A DNA stretch of 64,000 nt from Candidatus Saccharimonadota bacterium (lineage in GTDB: Bacteria > Patescibacteriota > Saccharimonadia > Saccharimonadales > Saccharimonadaceae): NCBI GenBank assembly GCA_037138815.1, contig JBAXHQ010000001.1, positions 35,407-99,406 on the forward strand. Direction: 5' to 3'. The position numbers were made by a program, and so were the translations under genes. Below are positions 20,027-29,842 of the stretch, piece by piece; the first letter of the stretch is position 1; each line of letters begins with the position of its first letter. A model generated the notes under the pieces. It had not been told where the DNA came from, searched no databases, and saw nothing but the letters and a program-made list of their open reading frames with translations.

Positions 20027-21006
20027 GCGCCAAGAAAAAAGTTGACTCCAAAGTAGTTTCCAACCAAAAACATTTTCGTCGTCGACTATTGACGTTCGCT
20101 CGCGTAATAAAATATGGTTTGGATAGTTTTCTTAGAAATTCATGGTTGTCGGTGGCGGCAACTGCGGTGATGACGATTACATTACTAATTATATTTACAA
20201 CTTTTGTGGCGCAGAATATTTTGACCGATACTGTCGGTGATTTGCGTAACAAAGTCGATATGTCGATATATCTAAAAACTGATACAACCGACAAAGTAGG
20301 CAATGATTTAATAGTTGAACTCAAAAAATTATCGTCGGTTCGTTCTGTGACTTATATAAATGCAGCTAAGGCTCGTGAACAAGTTGCTCAGGCTAACAGT
20401 GGTGATTCTAGCGTTATTGCCGCTATTAATGAGGCAACTAATAAAACTCCAGCTACTATCAGAGTAGTAGTCAGTGATATAAATAATACTACTCAGTTAG
20501 AACACTTCGTTAGTACCGACACACTACTAAAACAAAATATTAGCCCCGATTATAAACCATCATTTGCTGGCGAGCGACGTAATACTATTCAATCAATTGG
20601 CCGAGCGGTTAATTTCGCGCAAAAGGTTGGTATAGCTGCGGGTCTGGTGTTTGTTATAATATCGGCGCTTATAATATTCAATACTATCAGAATGGCGATA
20701 TTTAATCGTAAAGAAGAAATCCAAATGATGAAATTGATCGGCGCTAACCAGTCATTTATCCGTGGACCGTTTTTAATCGAGGCTGTCATATATGGTTTTA
20801 TTGCGGCATTAATAGCAACCAGTGTTGGTTTATTCGGATTATATAAATCATCCGCGACTCTGGCTAGTTACCAAATATCAGTACAACCAACTATTAATTT
20901 AATGACACACGATATAGCTATTGTAGTAGTTAGTATGATTGCGATCGGCGCGTTGATCGGCGTAGTCTCATCAGTGCTAGCAACTCGTAGGTATCTAAAG
21001 CTGTAG
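20023..21006 (+). CDS. ftsX: Cell division permease FtsX
   Basis: The N-terminal segment ..FLRNSWLSVAATAVMTITLLI, an extracellular domain and a C-terminal 3-TM FtsX module. Confidence 0.82.
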   Translation: MSAKKKVDSKVVSNQKHFRRRLLTFARVIKYGLDSFLRNSWLSVAATAVMTITLLIIFTTFVAQNILTDTVGDLRNKVDMSIYLKTDTTDKVGNDLIVELKKLSSVRSVTYINAAKAREQVAQANSGDSSVIAAINEATNKTPATIRVVVSDINNTTQLEHFVSTDTLLKQNISPDYKPSFAGERRNTIQSIGRAVNFAQKVGIAAGLVFVIISALIIFNTIRMAIFNRKEEIQMMKLIGANQSFIRGPFLIEAVIYGFIAALIATSVGLFGLYKSSATLASYQISVQPTINLMTHDIAIVVVSMIAIGALIGVVSSVLATRRYLKL

Positions 21007-21056
21007 CTGTCGTATGGGTTTAATGTTTATTATGATTATGGTAATATCAGCATAGT

Positions 21057-22247
21057 ATGAAACTGCGTAGCACCAAACCAGCTTCAACCTCTATAGCCAC
21101 TAAATCGGTGTTGGTTTTCATTAGTTTATTAATGGCGGTTATTACGCCGATACAAATGGTTCAAATAGCTCATGCTGATCAGTATGACGACCAAATCAGT
21201 ACGCTTCAGCAGAATATCGATGCTTATAATGCCGCCGCAGCGCAATTGTCTGCCCAGGCTAAGACATTGCAGGCAGCTATTGCAGAATTACAAAACCAAT
21301 CGGCTATTATTCAGGCTCAAATTAATATTAGTCAGGTTAAGTATGACCAGTTAGTAGCTAAAATTACTGACACTGAAAAACAAATCAAAAATAACCGGGA
21401 TGCGCTAGGCACGGTTATCGCTAATATGTATGTTGATGATCGGATTACCCCAATTGAAATGTTGGCTAGCAGTAAAAATATTAGCGATTATTTGGATAAA
21501 CAGGAATATAGCGCATCCGTTCGTGATCAGCTAGCCTCGACTATTAGCACGATCAAGAATCTAAAGTCACAACTCGACAAGCAAAAGGCTGACGTCGAAT
21601 CAGTTCTCGAAAAGCAAAAAGCTCAAAAAGCTGGTTTAGTAGCCAACCAAGAACAGCAGCAGAGTCTACTAGATCAAACCAAAGGGCAAGAGGCTGCTTA
21701 CCAGCAACTAGTCAGTAATAGTAGGCAAGAACTAACTAATATCGCCGCCAGACAGCGGGCTTATTATCAGAGTTTATTAAATAGTGGTGGTGGCAATTCT
21801 GGTGTTGTCGGTAGTTTTCAATACTCTAACTGGAGTGGTAATTCACCATGTGGTTCTGATGGATATCCTTATTGCGGCGAGCAAGACAGTTATTCTGATC
21901 CGTGGGCACTATATAATCGGGAATGTGTGAGCTATGCCGCCTGGGCTTTGTCTAGCCGATTTGGCAAGTATGTCGGTAGTTTTAATGGCTCTGGTAATGC
22001 TTACGAGTGGCCTGACAGTGCCGTTAGGTATAGTGGCGCATATAGAGTTTATAACCCGCAACCAGGTGATGCTGTCGTATTACCTATGATGGGTGATTTT
22101 TCACCGATTGGCCACTTAATGATAGTTGAGTCTGTCAGTAATGGCTGGGTACATGTCAGTCAATATAACTTCTATGGCACTGGAGAATACAGCACTATGG
22201 ATATTAAAACCTCCGGTGTTATATTCCTACGGTTCCAATCTAGATAA
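21057..22247 (+). CDS. Secreted coiled-coil + CHAP-domain peptidoglycan hydrolase (PcsB-like architecture)
   Basis: Signal/TM segment, ~200 aa of Q/A/L-rich heptad-like sequence, then a C-terminal CHAP domain with Cys (NRECVSYAAWAL) and His (GHLMIVESV). It lies directly after ftsEX. Confidence 0.7.
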   Translation: MKLRSTKPASTSIATKSVLVFISLLMAVITPIQMVQIAHADQYDDQISTLQQNIDAYNAAAAQLSAQAKTLQAAIAELQNQSAIIQAQINISQVKYDQLVAKITDTEKQIKNNRDALGTVIANMYVDDRITPIEMLASSKNISDYLDKQEYSASVRDQLASTISTIKNLKSQLDKQKADVESVLEKQKAQKAGLVANQEQQQSLLDQTKGQEAAYQQLVSNSRQELTNIAARQRAYYQSLLNSGGGNSGVVGSFQYSNWSGNSPCGSDGYPYCGEQDSYSDPWALYNRECVSYAAWALSSRFGKYVGSFNGSGNAYEWPDSAVRYSGAYRVYNPQPGDAVVLPMMGDFSPIGHLMIVESVSNGWVHVSQYNFYGTGEYSTMDIKTSGVIFLRFQSR

Positions 22248-22341
22248 TCTTTATAAAAAGCACAAGATTTATGGCGTAACTTAAGGTTAGTGCGCTATAA
22301 TTGTACGATAATAGAAAAAATCGTTTCGGAGTAGGGGAAAA

Positions 22342-23571
22342 ATGACAGAGGGAACAACCAAAGTTACTGAACATGCGGTCAAACATCGACGAGCAAAAAA
22401 ACCTCTGGTATCTAGTTTTTCGTTTATCATTATCGCAGTCACGGCGGCACTGGGTTATGTTGCTGGTATGTACCATTATCAGATAGAAGCAGCTATTGGC
22501 CCAGTTTTTGGGTACAAGGCGCATTCGGGCAGTATAGATTTTAGCTCCCTGCAACAAACCTATAATTCATTGGCGGCTAACTATGATGGCAAACTGGATG
22601 TGTCGAAACTAATTCAAGGGGCTAATAATGGCCTAGTAGCAGCTGCAGGCGATGTCTATACCGTTTATATGAATCCAACTGAATCGATTAGCTTTAATAA
22701 TAGCTTGTCTGGTAATATTGGCGGCGGTATAGGTGCCGAGATTGGTCTTAAAAATAATAAAATAACTGTTCTGAAAGTGTTAGATAATAACCCAGCAAAA
22801 ACAGCCGGTTTGGCGGCTAATGACGTAGTGTTAGATATTAATGACCAATCAACTAGTGGTTGGACTGTCGACAAAGCCGTCAGCTCTATTCGTGGCGACA
22901 AAGGCACGACGGTTAAACTAACCATACAAAGAGGTAGTGAAGTCAAAGATTACACAATAACCAGAGCGATAATAAACAATCCTAGCGTTACTAGTAGTGT
23001 AGCTGATGGCGTTGGTACGATGACAATTACTAGATTTGACACTGAAACTGGCAATTTAGCTAGAATTGCTGCTCAGGACTTTAAAAAGCAATCCGTCAAA
23101 GCGGTTATATTAGATCTACGTAATAATGGCGGTGGTTATGTTGATGCTGCCAAGGACGTGGCTGGATTGTGGCTAAATAACCAAGTTGTAGTTACTGAGA
23201 GAGTTGACGGTAAAATAAAAGATACATTAACAACTGGCAATGATGCGATTCTATCCGGAATACCGACAGCCGTGTTAGTTAATGGCAATAGTGCTAGCGC
23301 TAGCGAAATTGTCGCAGGAGCTTTGCAAGATCATAGCGCAGCTAAACTAGTTGGTGAAAAGACTTTTGGCAAGGGGAGTGTTCAACAGTTGTTGTCGCTG
23401 ACTGGCGGGGCTCAATTAAAAGTGACGATTGCTCGTTGGTATACACCAAATGGCAAAAATATTAATAAACAGGGCATAAGCCCGGATGTTGCTGCTGGTT
23501 TAACTCAAACTGACTTTGATAATGGCGTTGACCCCCAATTCGATGCAGCTAAGAAGCTGCTAGGATTATAG
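22342..23571 (+). CDS. ctpA: S41 carboxy-terminal processing peptidase
   Basis: TM anchor, PDZ region, LDLRNNGGGY, NGNSASASEI and GEKTFGKG motifs. Confidence 0.83.
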   Translation: MTEGTTKVTEHAVKHRRAKKPLVSSFSFIIIAVTAALGYVAGMYHYQIEAAIGPVFGYKAHSGSIDFSSLQQTYNSLAANYDGKLDVSKLIQGANNGLVAAAGDVYTVYMNPTESISFNNSLSGNIGGGIGAEIGLKNNKITVLKVLDNNPAKTAGLAANDVVLDINDQSTSGWTVDKAVSSIRGDKGTTVKLTIQRGSEVKDYTITRAIINNPSVTSSVADGVGTMTITRFDTETGNLARIAAQDFKKQSVKAVILDLRNNGGGYVDAAKDVAGLWLNNQVVVTERVDGKIKDTLTTGNDAILSGIPTAVLVNGNSASASEIVAGALQDHSAAKLVGEKTFGKGSVQQLLSLTGGAQLKVTIARWYTPNGKNINKQGISPDVAAGLTQTDFDNGVDPQFDAAKKLLGL

Positions 23572-23613
23572 CGCTTGTGTTATTGTGCTGTAATGTAGTA
23601 GTATAGGATTAAT

Positions 23614-24012
23614 ATGGATACTAAAAAGAAAATTTTACTTGTAGAAGATGACGCCGCACTATCTGGGGTTTATAAATCTCGCCTGGAAATGGAAGGCTTC
23701 GAGATACGTGAAGTTGATAATGGCGAGCAGGCTTTGTCGGCAGCCCTGGATTTCAAACCAGACTTGATATTGCTAGATGCTATGATGCCAAAAATTAGTG
23801 GTTTTGATGTTTTGGATATTCTGCGTAATACTACGGAAACAGCTAATGTTCGCATTATCATGTTAACTGCTCTCAGTCAGCCTAAGGACAAAGAACGCGC
23901 TGAATCATTAGGTGTTGACGATTATCTAGTTAAATCACAGGTTGTAATCGGTGATGTTGTTGAGCGTGTTAAATACCACCTAGGTATGCTTGATACCCCG
24001 CAAGAAAATTAG
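23614..24012 (+). CDS. Single-domain response regulator (receiver only)
   Basis: 132 aa with ILLVEDD...LILLDAMMPKISGFD...LTA...YLVK. There is no output domain. Confidence 0.85.
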   Translation: MDTKKKILLVEDDAALSGVYKSRLEMEGFEIREVDNGEQALSAALDFKPDLILLDAMMPKISGFDVLDILRNTTETANVRIIMLTALSQPKDKERAESLGVDDYLVKSQVVIGDVVERVKYHLGMLDTPQEN

Positions 24013-24030
24013 GACAGTTTAGTAACATAA

Positions 24031-24062
24031 AATAATAGCGCCGGATTCGGCGCTATTATTTT
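24031..24062. terminator. Bidirectional intrinsic terminator
   Basis: 13-bp stem AATAATAGCGCCG / CGGCGCTATTATT with a GATT loop. It is flanked by A/T runs and sits between convergent genes. Confidence 0.7.
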
Positions 24063-24079
24063 ATATTCAACTGTTTTTA

Positions 24080-24352
24080 TTATTGAACTACTACTTGAGT
24101 GCGAGGTGTAGTTTTGCCAGTAAAGCGGCTCTTGCGAACTTTACTAAAGCTAACGATACCGTCAATAGCAGCATGAATAGTAAAATCACGGCTGATAAAC
24201 GTACCGGGACCTGAAATTTTAGTTGAGCCGGTTTGGCGTACTAAAACTTCGCCAGTGCGAACTTTTTGACCACCAAATCGTTTAACACCAAGTCTTTGAC
24301 CGGCGTTATTGCGATTATTCTTTGATGTTCCGCCTGCTTTAACGTGTGACAT
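24080..24352 (-). CDS. rpmA: 50S ribosomal protein L27
   Basis: MSHVKAGGTSKNNRNNAGQRLGVK matches the L27 N-terminus. 90 aa. Confidence 0.93.
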   Translation of the reverse strand: MSHVKAGGTSKNNRNNAGQRLGVKRFGGQKVRTGEVLVRQTGSTKISGPGTFISRDFTIHAAIDGIVSFSKVRKSRFTGKTTPRTQVVVQ

Positions 24353-24421
24353 GGAAAACTCCTTGAACTTTTATAACAAAATCTAATCGATTGTAACAAA
24401 AACAGAGGATAACGTCAAGAG

Positions 24422-25624
24422 TTACATCCTAGTTAGTACTAGTAATTCACGAGCAACGATTTGGTCGGCACGATAATACAATAGATCGTTTTGTGATATG
24501 TTAGTAAATTCGTGTGGTTTATAGCCCAAGCGAGCAATTGTCGCTATTAGTGGTAGGTGGGTGAATTGCCCGGTTTTGTCGCGCCAGGCTGGGACGGCGA
24601 TACATAGCGGAGTACCCGGTATAATCTGGCTGCCCAAGTTTCTTAGAAATTCAGTGATAATATGATTACAGTTATCTCGAACTTCGACTAATTTAGCGGG
24701 GGATGGCGGGGCGCTAAATGGTTGTCCTAGGTATGATTCGCTAACTACTGCATCAATTGGCTGACGCCATTTTGCGTTCAAAGCATCACCTTCGTGTAAA
24801 TACCAGTCAAATTGAGCATGGTATTTATCGGCAAGCCAATTTAGATTGTCGCGGCTATATCGTATCATTTTTTCCGATAGGTCAGTGCCATAGGCTGAAT
24901 ATCCCATCAGTAAAGCTTCTTGCAATATAACACCTGTGCCACAAAATGGGTCCAGAATTACCAAAGGCTGTTCGCTTGAACATGGAGTTTCGTTGGGTAT
25001 TTTGCTATATCCGCCGACTGCTAGATTTAGCATGATTTGAGCTAACTTTGGTGGTAGCATACCCACGAAAGCATCGCGCTTTGGTCGTTCTTGGTCGCGG
25101 TTGGCGTAGGCGGTAATATTTTGCGAACCTGTGCTCTCAGCTATGATAGTTTTACCGTTATTTGCTACGGCGACTATTATTTCGACTTTATTTTGGCTAA
25201 GGCCTAGTTTGTTGTGGTGACTAGTGGCACTACTGAGGGCTGGCTCGGTATTAGGTATTAGACGTAAACTAACGCCAGTCTTTTTTAATTTTTGTTTTAA
25301 TATAATTCCTGTTTTTTGAACTTCACGGGCATTAATGTTGGGGCCGTAGGCACTGATTCCTAGGGTGATCTTTCCGTCAAAGGTCGACCATTGGTCTGTG
25401 TAATGTTTAACTATTTTCTGGCTAATCTGAAACCAATTGTTACCTGGTAATTCAGCTATGATCTTGCCAGCTTTAGGAACTCCGCCGAATTTCTGGACAT
25501 CAAAAAAATCACAGTCAACTATGGCGAATTGAGATGAAATCACAGTCACATTGTTGCCGCCGAACACCATTTCTAGTTCAGCAATACCGATTGCTGGCTG
25601 TCTGCCTAACATTGTTATATACAT
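24422..25624 (-). CDS. Putative SAM-dependent RNA/DNA methyltransferase (Trm11/RlmL-like)
   Basis: Motif I LDPFCGTGVILQEA and a downstream D..VSESYLGQPF in the position of the (D/N)PPY-type motif. An N-terminal ~180-aa extra domain may be THUMP-like. Confidence 0.5.
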   Translation of the reverse strand: MYITMLGRQPAIGIAELEMVFGGNNVTVISSQFAIVDCDFFDVQKFGGVPKAGKIIAELPGNNWFQISQKIVKHYTDQWSTFDGKITLGISAYGPNINAREVQKTGIILKQKLKKTGVSLRLIPNTEPALSSATSHHNKLGLSQNKVEIIVAVANNGKTIIAESTGSQNITAYANRDQERPKRDAFVGMLPPKLAQIMLNLAVGGYSKIPNETPCSSEQPLVILDPFCGTGVILQEALLMGYSAYGTDLSEKMIRYSRDNLNWLADKYHAQFDWYLHEGDALNAKWRQPIDAVVSESYLGQPFSAPPSPAKLVEVRDNCNHIITEFLRNLGSQIIPGTPLCIAVPAWRDKTGQFTHLPLIATIARLGYKPHEFTNISQNDLLYYRADQIVARELLVLTRM

Positions 25625-25676
25625 AACTCTATTATACGTGGTAGCGGCGTTTTTAGGTGCTATAATTATGTGAGTT

Positions 25677-26708
25677 ATGAAATTTCGTACTTGGTTAAAT
25701 GTTATAACGGTTTTCTTGCTGGCTCTGGTAGTCTTTTTTGGTTGGAAAGAGATTGTAAGGGCATGGGGAGTAATGGGTGATGCTAACCTGTTTATTTTGG
25801 CTATTATGGTGCCTATCCAGATTTTTAGTTATTATGCTGTTGGCGAAATAATTTTTTCATACTTGCGATCACGGGGAAATTTAAAGGATACATCGCGCTG
25901 GCAAATGGCTCGTATGGCGTTGGAACTTAATTTCGTAAATCATATACTACCTAGCGGTGGTGCGGCTGGTTTTTCATACTTAGGCTGGGTTTTGAGCCGT
26001 CACGGAGTTAGTGCTGGTAGGGCAACTATGGCTCAGATAGTTCGCTTTTCATTATCATTTGTTAGTTTTGTAGTGATGTTGGTGCTAGCGGTCCTATTCT
26101 TGTTCTTTGACCAAAAAATCAATAAGTTTATAGTTATAATTAGCGCGGTGTTGGTCGTAGCGGTGATTATTGGGATTATTTTGATGATCTATATTATCGG
26201 CAATCGTGGTCGACTGACCAAGTTTGCAGGTTGGCTAACTAATACGGTTAATAGAGTTGTTTTTAAATTCACACGAGGCAAAAAGCGACAGGTTATGAAA
26301 TTAGAAGTTATAGAAAACTTCTTTGGTGAACTTCATCAAGATTACCTCGAAATACGTCGTGAGAAAAAAATATTAATCAAGCCACTACTATGGGCTATAT
26401 TGGTTCATGTTTTGGATGTTGGTTTAGTTCTGATTGCGTTCTTGGCATTGGGCTCTTGGGTTAATCCAGCGACGTTGTTTATAGCATTTGGGCTATCATC
26501 AATTGTTAGTGTTTTCTCTGGTACTTTAGGCGGAACTGGTGTTTATGAGGCTGTCATGGTGGCGTTCTTGGCTTCGGCTGGAATAGCGCCAGACGTAGCT
26601 ATTGCTGGTACGTTATTGGCGCGCGCATTACTGCTAGTAGGCACTATCTTATTTGGTTTTGTATTTTATCAACTAACATTGAATAAATATGGAAAAGCTA
26701 AAAACTAA
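25677..26708 (+). CDS. Polytopic membrane protein, flippase-like / LPG-synthase-TM (UPF0104) type
   Basis: About 8 predicted TM helices, with a basic loop after TM5. The layout resembles the UPF0104 family; I call this from memory only. Confidence 0.45.
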   Translation: MKFRTWLNVITVFLLALVVFFGWKEIVRAWGVMGDANLFILAIMVPIQIFSYYAVGEIIFSYLRSRGNLKDTSRWQMARMALELNFVNHILPSGGAAGFSYLGWVLSRHGVSAGRATMAQIVRFSLSFVSFVVMLVLAVLFLFFDQKINKFIVIISAVLVVAVIIGIILMIYIIGNRGRLTKFAGWLTNTVNRVVFKFTRGKKRQVMKLEVIENFFGELHQDYLEIRREKKILIKPLLWAILVHVLDVGLVLIAFLALGSWVNPATLFIAFGLSSIVSVFSGTLGGTGVYEAVMVAFLASAGIAPDVAIAGTLLARALLLVGTILFGFVFYQLTLNKYGKAKN

Positions 26709-27795
26709 CCCTGTTTTTAGTGTTAGTGATTTTATAGCGGTTGTTAATCAAACGCTGGAATATGCTTATCAAAGTGTCGAAATCGAAGGCGAGGTTGCTA
26801 GCTTTAAGGTAAACCATGATAAATTCGTTTTCTTTGACATCAAGGATGGTAATAGTAGTAGTATTGGCTGTTTTATGACGGTTTGGCAATTACGTGTGCC
26901 TATACAGGATGGTATGAAGGTGGTCGTTTCGGCTATTCCAAAACTAACTCAGTGGGGTAAGTTTAGTTTAACAGTTAAATCGGTTCGACCGAGTGGCGAG
27001 GGTGCTTTGAAAAAGAGCTTTGAGCTCTTGAAATCTAAACTAGATAGCGAAGGCTTATTCGCATTTGATCGTAAAAGGCAGTTGCCAACCATACCGAAAC
27101 ATATTGCGGTTATTAGTAGCACTCAGGCGGCTGGTTATGCGGATTTTATAAAAATCCTGAATGATCGGTGGGGTGGAGTATTGATTGATGTTGCGAATGT
27201 GCAGGTTCAGGGAACTAATGCACCAGATCAGATAATTAGGGCTATAAATTATTTCAATCAACAAGAAAACTTGCCAGAAGTGATTGTAATTATCCGTGGT
27301 GGTGGTAGCGCCGATGATTTGGCGGTTTTCAATGACGAACCACTAGTAAGAGCAATTGCTAGCAGTCGTGTACCAACGCTCACGGGTATTGGTCATGAAA
27401 CCGACGAAAGTCTAGCTGATTTAGTGGCAGACGTCAGGGCTGTGACCCCTAGTAATGCTGCCCAAATTTTGGTCCCAGACAAAGCCGAGATAATTCGTGC
27501 AGCGTATTCCCGCGTTAATTCGCTTTTACCACGAATATCGCAACTAATTAATCAACAGAAACAATCAATCGATAATCTGCTGATTAAAATGTTGGATTCA
27601 ATAAATATAGCCGTTAATGACCAGGCACAGAAATTAGCTAACCTTAGGGGTGTATTAATGCAATTAGATCCTAACGTAGTGTTAGCGAGAGGCTACGCCT
27701 TAGTTAGGGGTACTGTAATTGCTGGATCGGTTATTGAGGTAGAAACAAATAAAGTTATAATTAATGCAGAGGTAAAAAATGTCGTCAATAAATAA
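26689..27795 (+). CDS. xseA: Exodeoxyribonuclease VII large subunit
   Basis: N-terminal OB fold (VEIEGEVASFK), IAVISSTQAAGYADF and IIRGGGSADDL..FNDE..V..IGHETD. Confidence 0.9.
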   Translation: MEKLKTNPVFSVSDFIAVVNQTLEYAYQSVEIEGEVASFKVNHDKFVFFDIKDGNSSSIGCFMTVWQLRVPIQDGMKVVVSAIPKLTQWGKFSLTVKSVRPSGEGALKKSFELLKSKLDSEGLFAFDRKRQLPTIPKHIAVISSTQAAGYADFIKILNDRWGGVLIDVANVQVQGTNAPDQIIRAINYFNQQENLPEVIVIIRGGGSADDLAVFNDEPLVRAIASSRVPTLTGIGHETDESLADLVADVRAVTPSNAAQILVPDKAEIIRAAYSRVNSLLPRISQLINQQKQSIDNLLIKMLDSINIAVNDQAQKLANLRGVLMQLDPNVVLARGYALVRGTVIAGSVIEVETNKVIINAEVKNVVNK

Positions 27796-27985
27796 ATCTA
27801 TAAGTGATAAAACAATTGAATTAACTAAAATGGTTGAATGGTTCGATAGTGATGATTTCACACTTGAGGCGGCGCTTGATAAATTTAAACAAGCCGAGAA
27901 ATTAGCTGCTGATATTGAAAAAGACCTATTATCACTCAAGAATGAAATCCAAATAGTTAAACAGAAATTTGATAACGAAGGTTAA
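27779..27985 (+). CDS. xseB: Exodeoxyribonuclease VII small subunit
   Basis: 68-aa helical protein with LEAALDKFKQAEKLAADIEKDL. It overlaps xseA. Confidence 0.85.
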   Translation: MSSINKSISDKTIELTKMVEWFDSDDFTLEAALDKFKQAEKLAADIEKDLLSLKNEIQIVKQKFDNEG

Positions 27986-28034
27986 AAACAGTTCTGCCAT
28001 TTACAGTCAGATCAAGCACAAGTATAATAACGTT

Positions 28035-28694
28035 ATGAAACAGATGAAAAAATCGCACGAAGACGGCTTTAGTAATAGTTGGATGGTGGCTACAATTAGT
28101 CTGATTGTGGCGGTGGCTATTCTGGCTGGGTTAGCGGTTTGGTCATTCGTAAACTATAACGATCAGAAAAACAATGTTGATATTAAAGTCAGCAGTGCGG
28201 TCGCCTCGGCCAAGAAAACTCAGGCTGATTCTGATGAGACTAAATTTGCACAGCGCGAAAAAGAACCAAATCGTCAATTTGTTGGCCCTGATGACTATGG
28301 ACGAGTAACTTTCGATTATCCAAAGACCTGGAGTGTGTATATCAATAAGGATGCCAGTGATGGCGACACTTACGAAGCATATCTAAACCCAATAACCGTG
28401 CCGCCAGTTAGTTCTACGCAACAATTCGCACTTCGTGTAACGATCGAACAAAGAGATTACGATACGGCAATTACTAGTTATGATTCCCTGGTTAAAAAAG
28501 GTGAATTAAAATCTAGTAGCGTGACAGTAGGTGGAGTAGTCGGTACTCGTTTGGATGGTAAATTTAGTGATGATATTCGTGGATCTGCGGTTATATTCAA
28601 GATTCGTGACAAAACTTTGACGATTCGGACTGATGCTGACACATTCAAAGCAGATTTCGATACTATAATTACTACAATCAAGTTCAACCAATAA
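28035..28694 (+). CDS. Hypothetical membrane-anchored protein
   Basis: The ORF opens at 27969, but ATG 28035 (MKQMKK...) is the likely start. One N-terminal TM helix; I recognised no family. Confidence 0.5.
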   Translation: MKQMKKSHEDGFSNSWMVATISLIVAVAILAGLAVWSFVNYNDQKNNVDIKVSSAVASAKKTQADSDETKFAQREKEPNRQFVGPDDYGRVTFDYPKTWSVYINKDASDGDTYEAYLNPITVPPVSSTQQFALRVTIEQRDYDTAITSYDSLVKKGELKSSSVTVGGVVGTRLDGKFSDDIRGSAVIFKIRDKTLTIRTDADTFKADFDTIITTIKFNQ

Positions 28695-28733
28695 TCGAAA
28701 TACACCTGTTTAGCGTGCTACAATTAATGTTAT

Positions 28734-29474
28734 ATGAGTGCAACGCGAGGGGAGCACGAGAAATTTTTGGTTGGGCCACTAAATGATGGTCTACCTTCGC
28801 TAGTTACTGCCGCTCATGAATTGAAATCACCGCTAGCGTTAATGCGACAACTGGCATTAATGCTCGAAGATGGCGGTTTGTCTGATGATGAGCAAAAAAG
28901 GATGCTTCGACAGATTAGCCTGACTAGTGAGCGAGCTCTGCGCTTAACTAACGACCTAACTCGTTCTATTAGGCTTTCTGAGGCGCTATTCACGTTAGAA
29001 CCAATCAACCCTCAGCAACTTTGCGAAGATATCATACACGAACTAGAGCCACTGTTTGCAGCGCATGGTCGTAATGTTCGGGTGGCATCACGAAAACACC
29101 CGTTATTGCTGGTGGCTAATCGTGATTTATTACGACGAATCATTATGAATTTTAGTGATAACGCTCTGAACTATACAGATATTAACACGACCATAGAAAT
29201 TAAAGTTGGATCGATTAATTCAGGCAAAACCATTCGTTTAGGTGTGCGAGATTACGGTCCAGCTATGCCTATTAATGCTTTGAAATTATTACGTGGCAAA
29301 TTAGCATATGCACCAACTACTATTCATGCTCGGCCGAACAGTAGCGGTTTGGGGCTATATATTGCTGGTCAATTTGCCGATGCTATGAACGGTAAAATTG
29401 GCGTGATTAGACATCGTGATGGTGCGACATTTTATGTTGATCTGCAAGCATCTTGGCAATTAAGTTTATTATGA
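28734..29474 (+). CDS. Sensorless cytoplasmic histidine kinase (HisKA + HATPase only)
   Basis: The H-box AAHELKSPLA begins ~25 aa from the N-terminus. N-box NFSDNALNY and G-box SGLGLYIAG are present. There is no TM or sensor domain. Confidence 0.8.
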   Translation: MSATRGEHEKFLVGPLNDGLPSLVTAAHELKSPLALMRQLALMLEDGGLSDDEQKRMLRQISLTSERALRLTNDLTRSIRLSEALFTLEPINPQQLCEDIIHELEPLFAAHGRNVRVASRKHPLLLVANRDLLRRIIMNFSDNALNYTDINTTIEIKVGSINSGKTIRLGVRDYGPAMPINALKLLRGKLAYAPTTIHARPNSSGLGLYIAGQFADAMNGKIGVIRHRDGATFYVDLQASWQLSLL

Positions 29475-29842
29475 AAAAGACACCGATTCTAATAGTTGAT
29501 GACGATGAATGGCTTGCTGAACAATATAAACGTTCGTTAAATAGCCAGGGCTATGACGTCACTATCGCTTCCCACGCTATTGCCGCTATACAATTAGTCG
29601 ATGATATTCATCCGTCTGCGATTATATTAGATGTTTTATTAACTGGTAGCACGGCGTTCGCTCTACTACATGAACTGCAGTCATATAGTGATACCGGCGA
29701 TATACCAGTAATAATCTGCACGAATTTAGCTGGTGATTTATCGATCGAAGATCTAAAACCTTATGGCGTTAGGCGGATATTAGATAAAACGAAAATGCTG
29801 CCATCTGATTTATTAGTGGCTCTGCGGAGTGTATTACTATGA
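29471..29842 (+). CDS. Single-domain response regulator (receiver only)
   Basis: MKKTPILIVDDDEW...IILDVLL...; ATGA overlap with the kinase stop. The ORF track opens earlier, at 29453. Confidence 0.75.
   Translation: MKKTPILIVDDDEWLAEQYKRSLNSQGYDVTIASHAIAAIQLVDDIHPSAIILDVLLTGSTAFALLHELQSYSDTGDIPVIICTNLAGDLSIEDLKPYGVRRILDKTKMLPSDLLVALRSVLL

Noticed and set aside
24080-25624. rpmA without rplU, co-oriented with a methyltransferase gene, might mark a lost or relocated L21.
   Set aside because: I cannot judge this from one window because rplU may simply be elsewhere. I noted it only as context.
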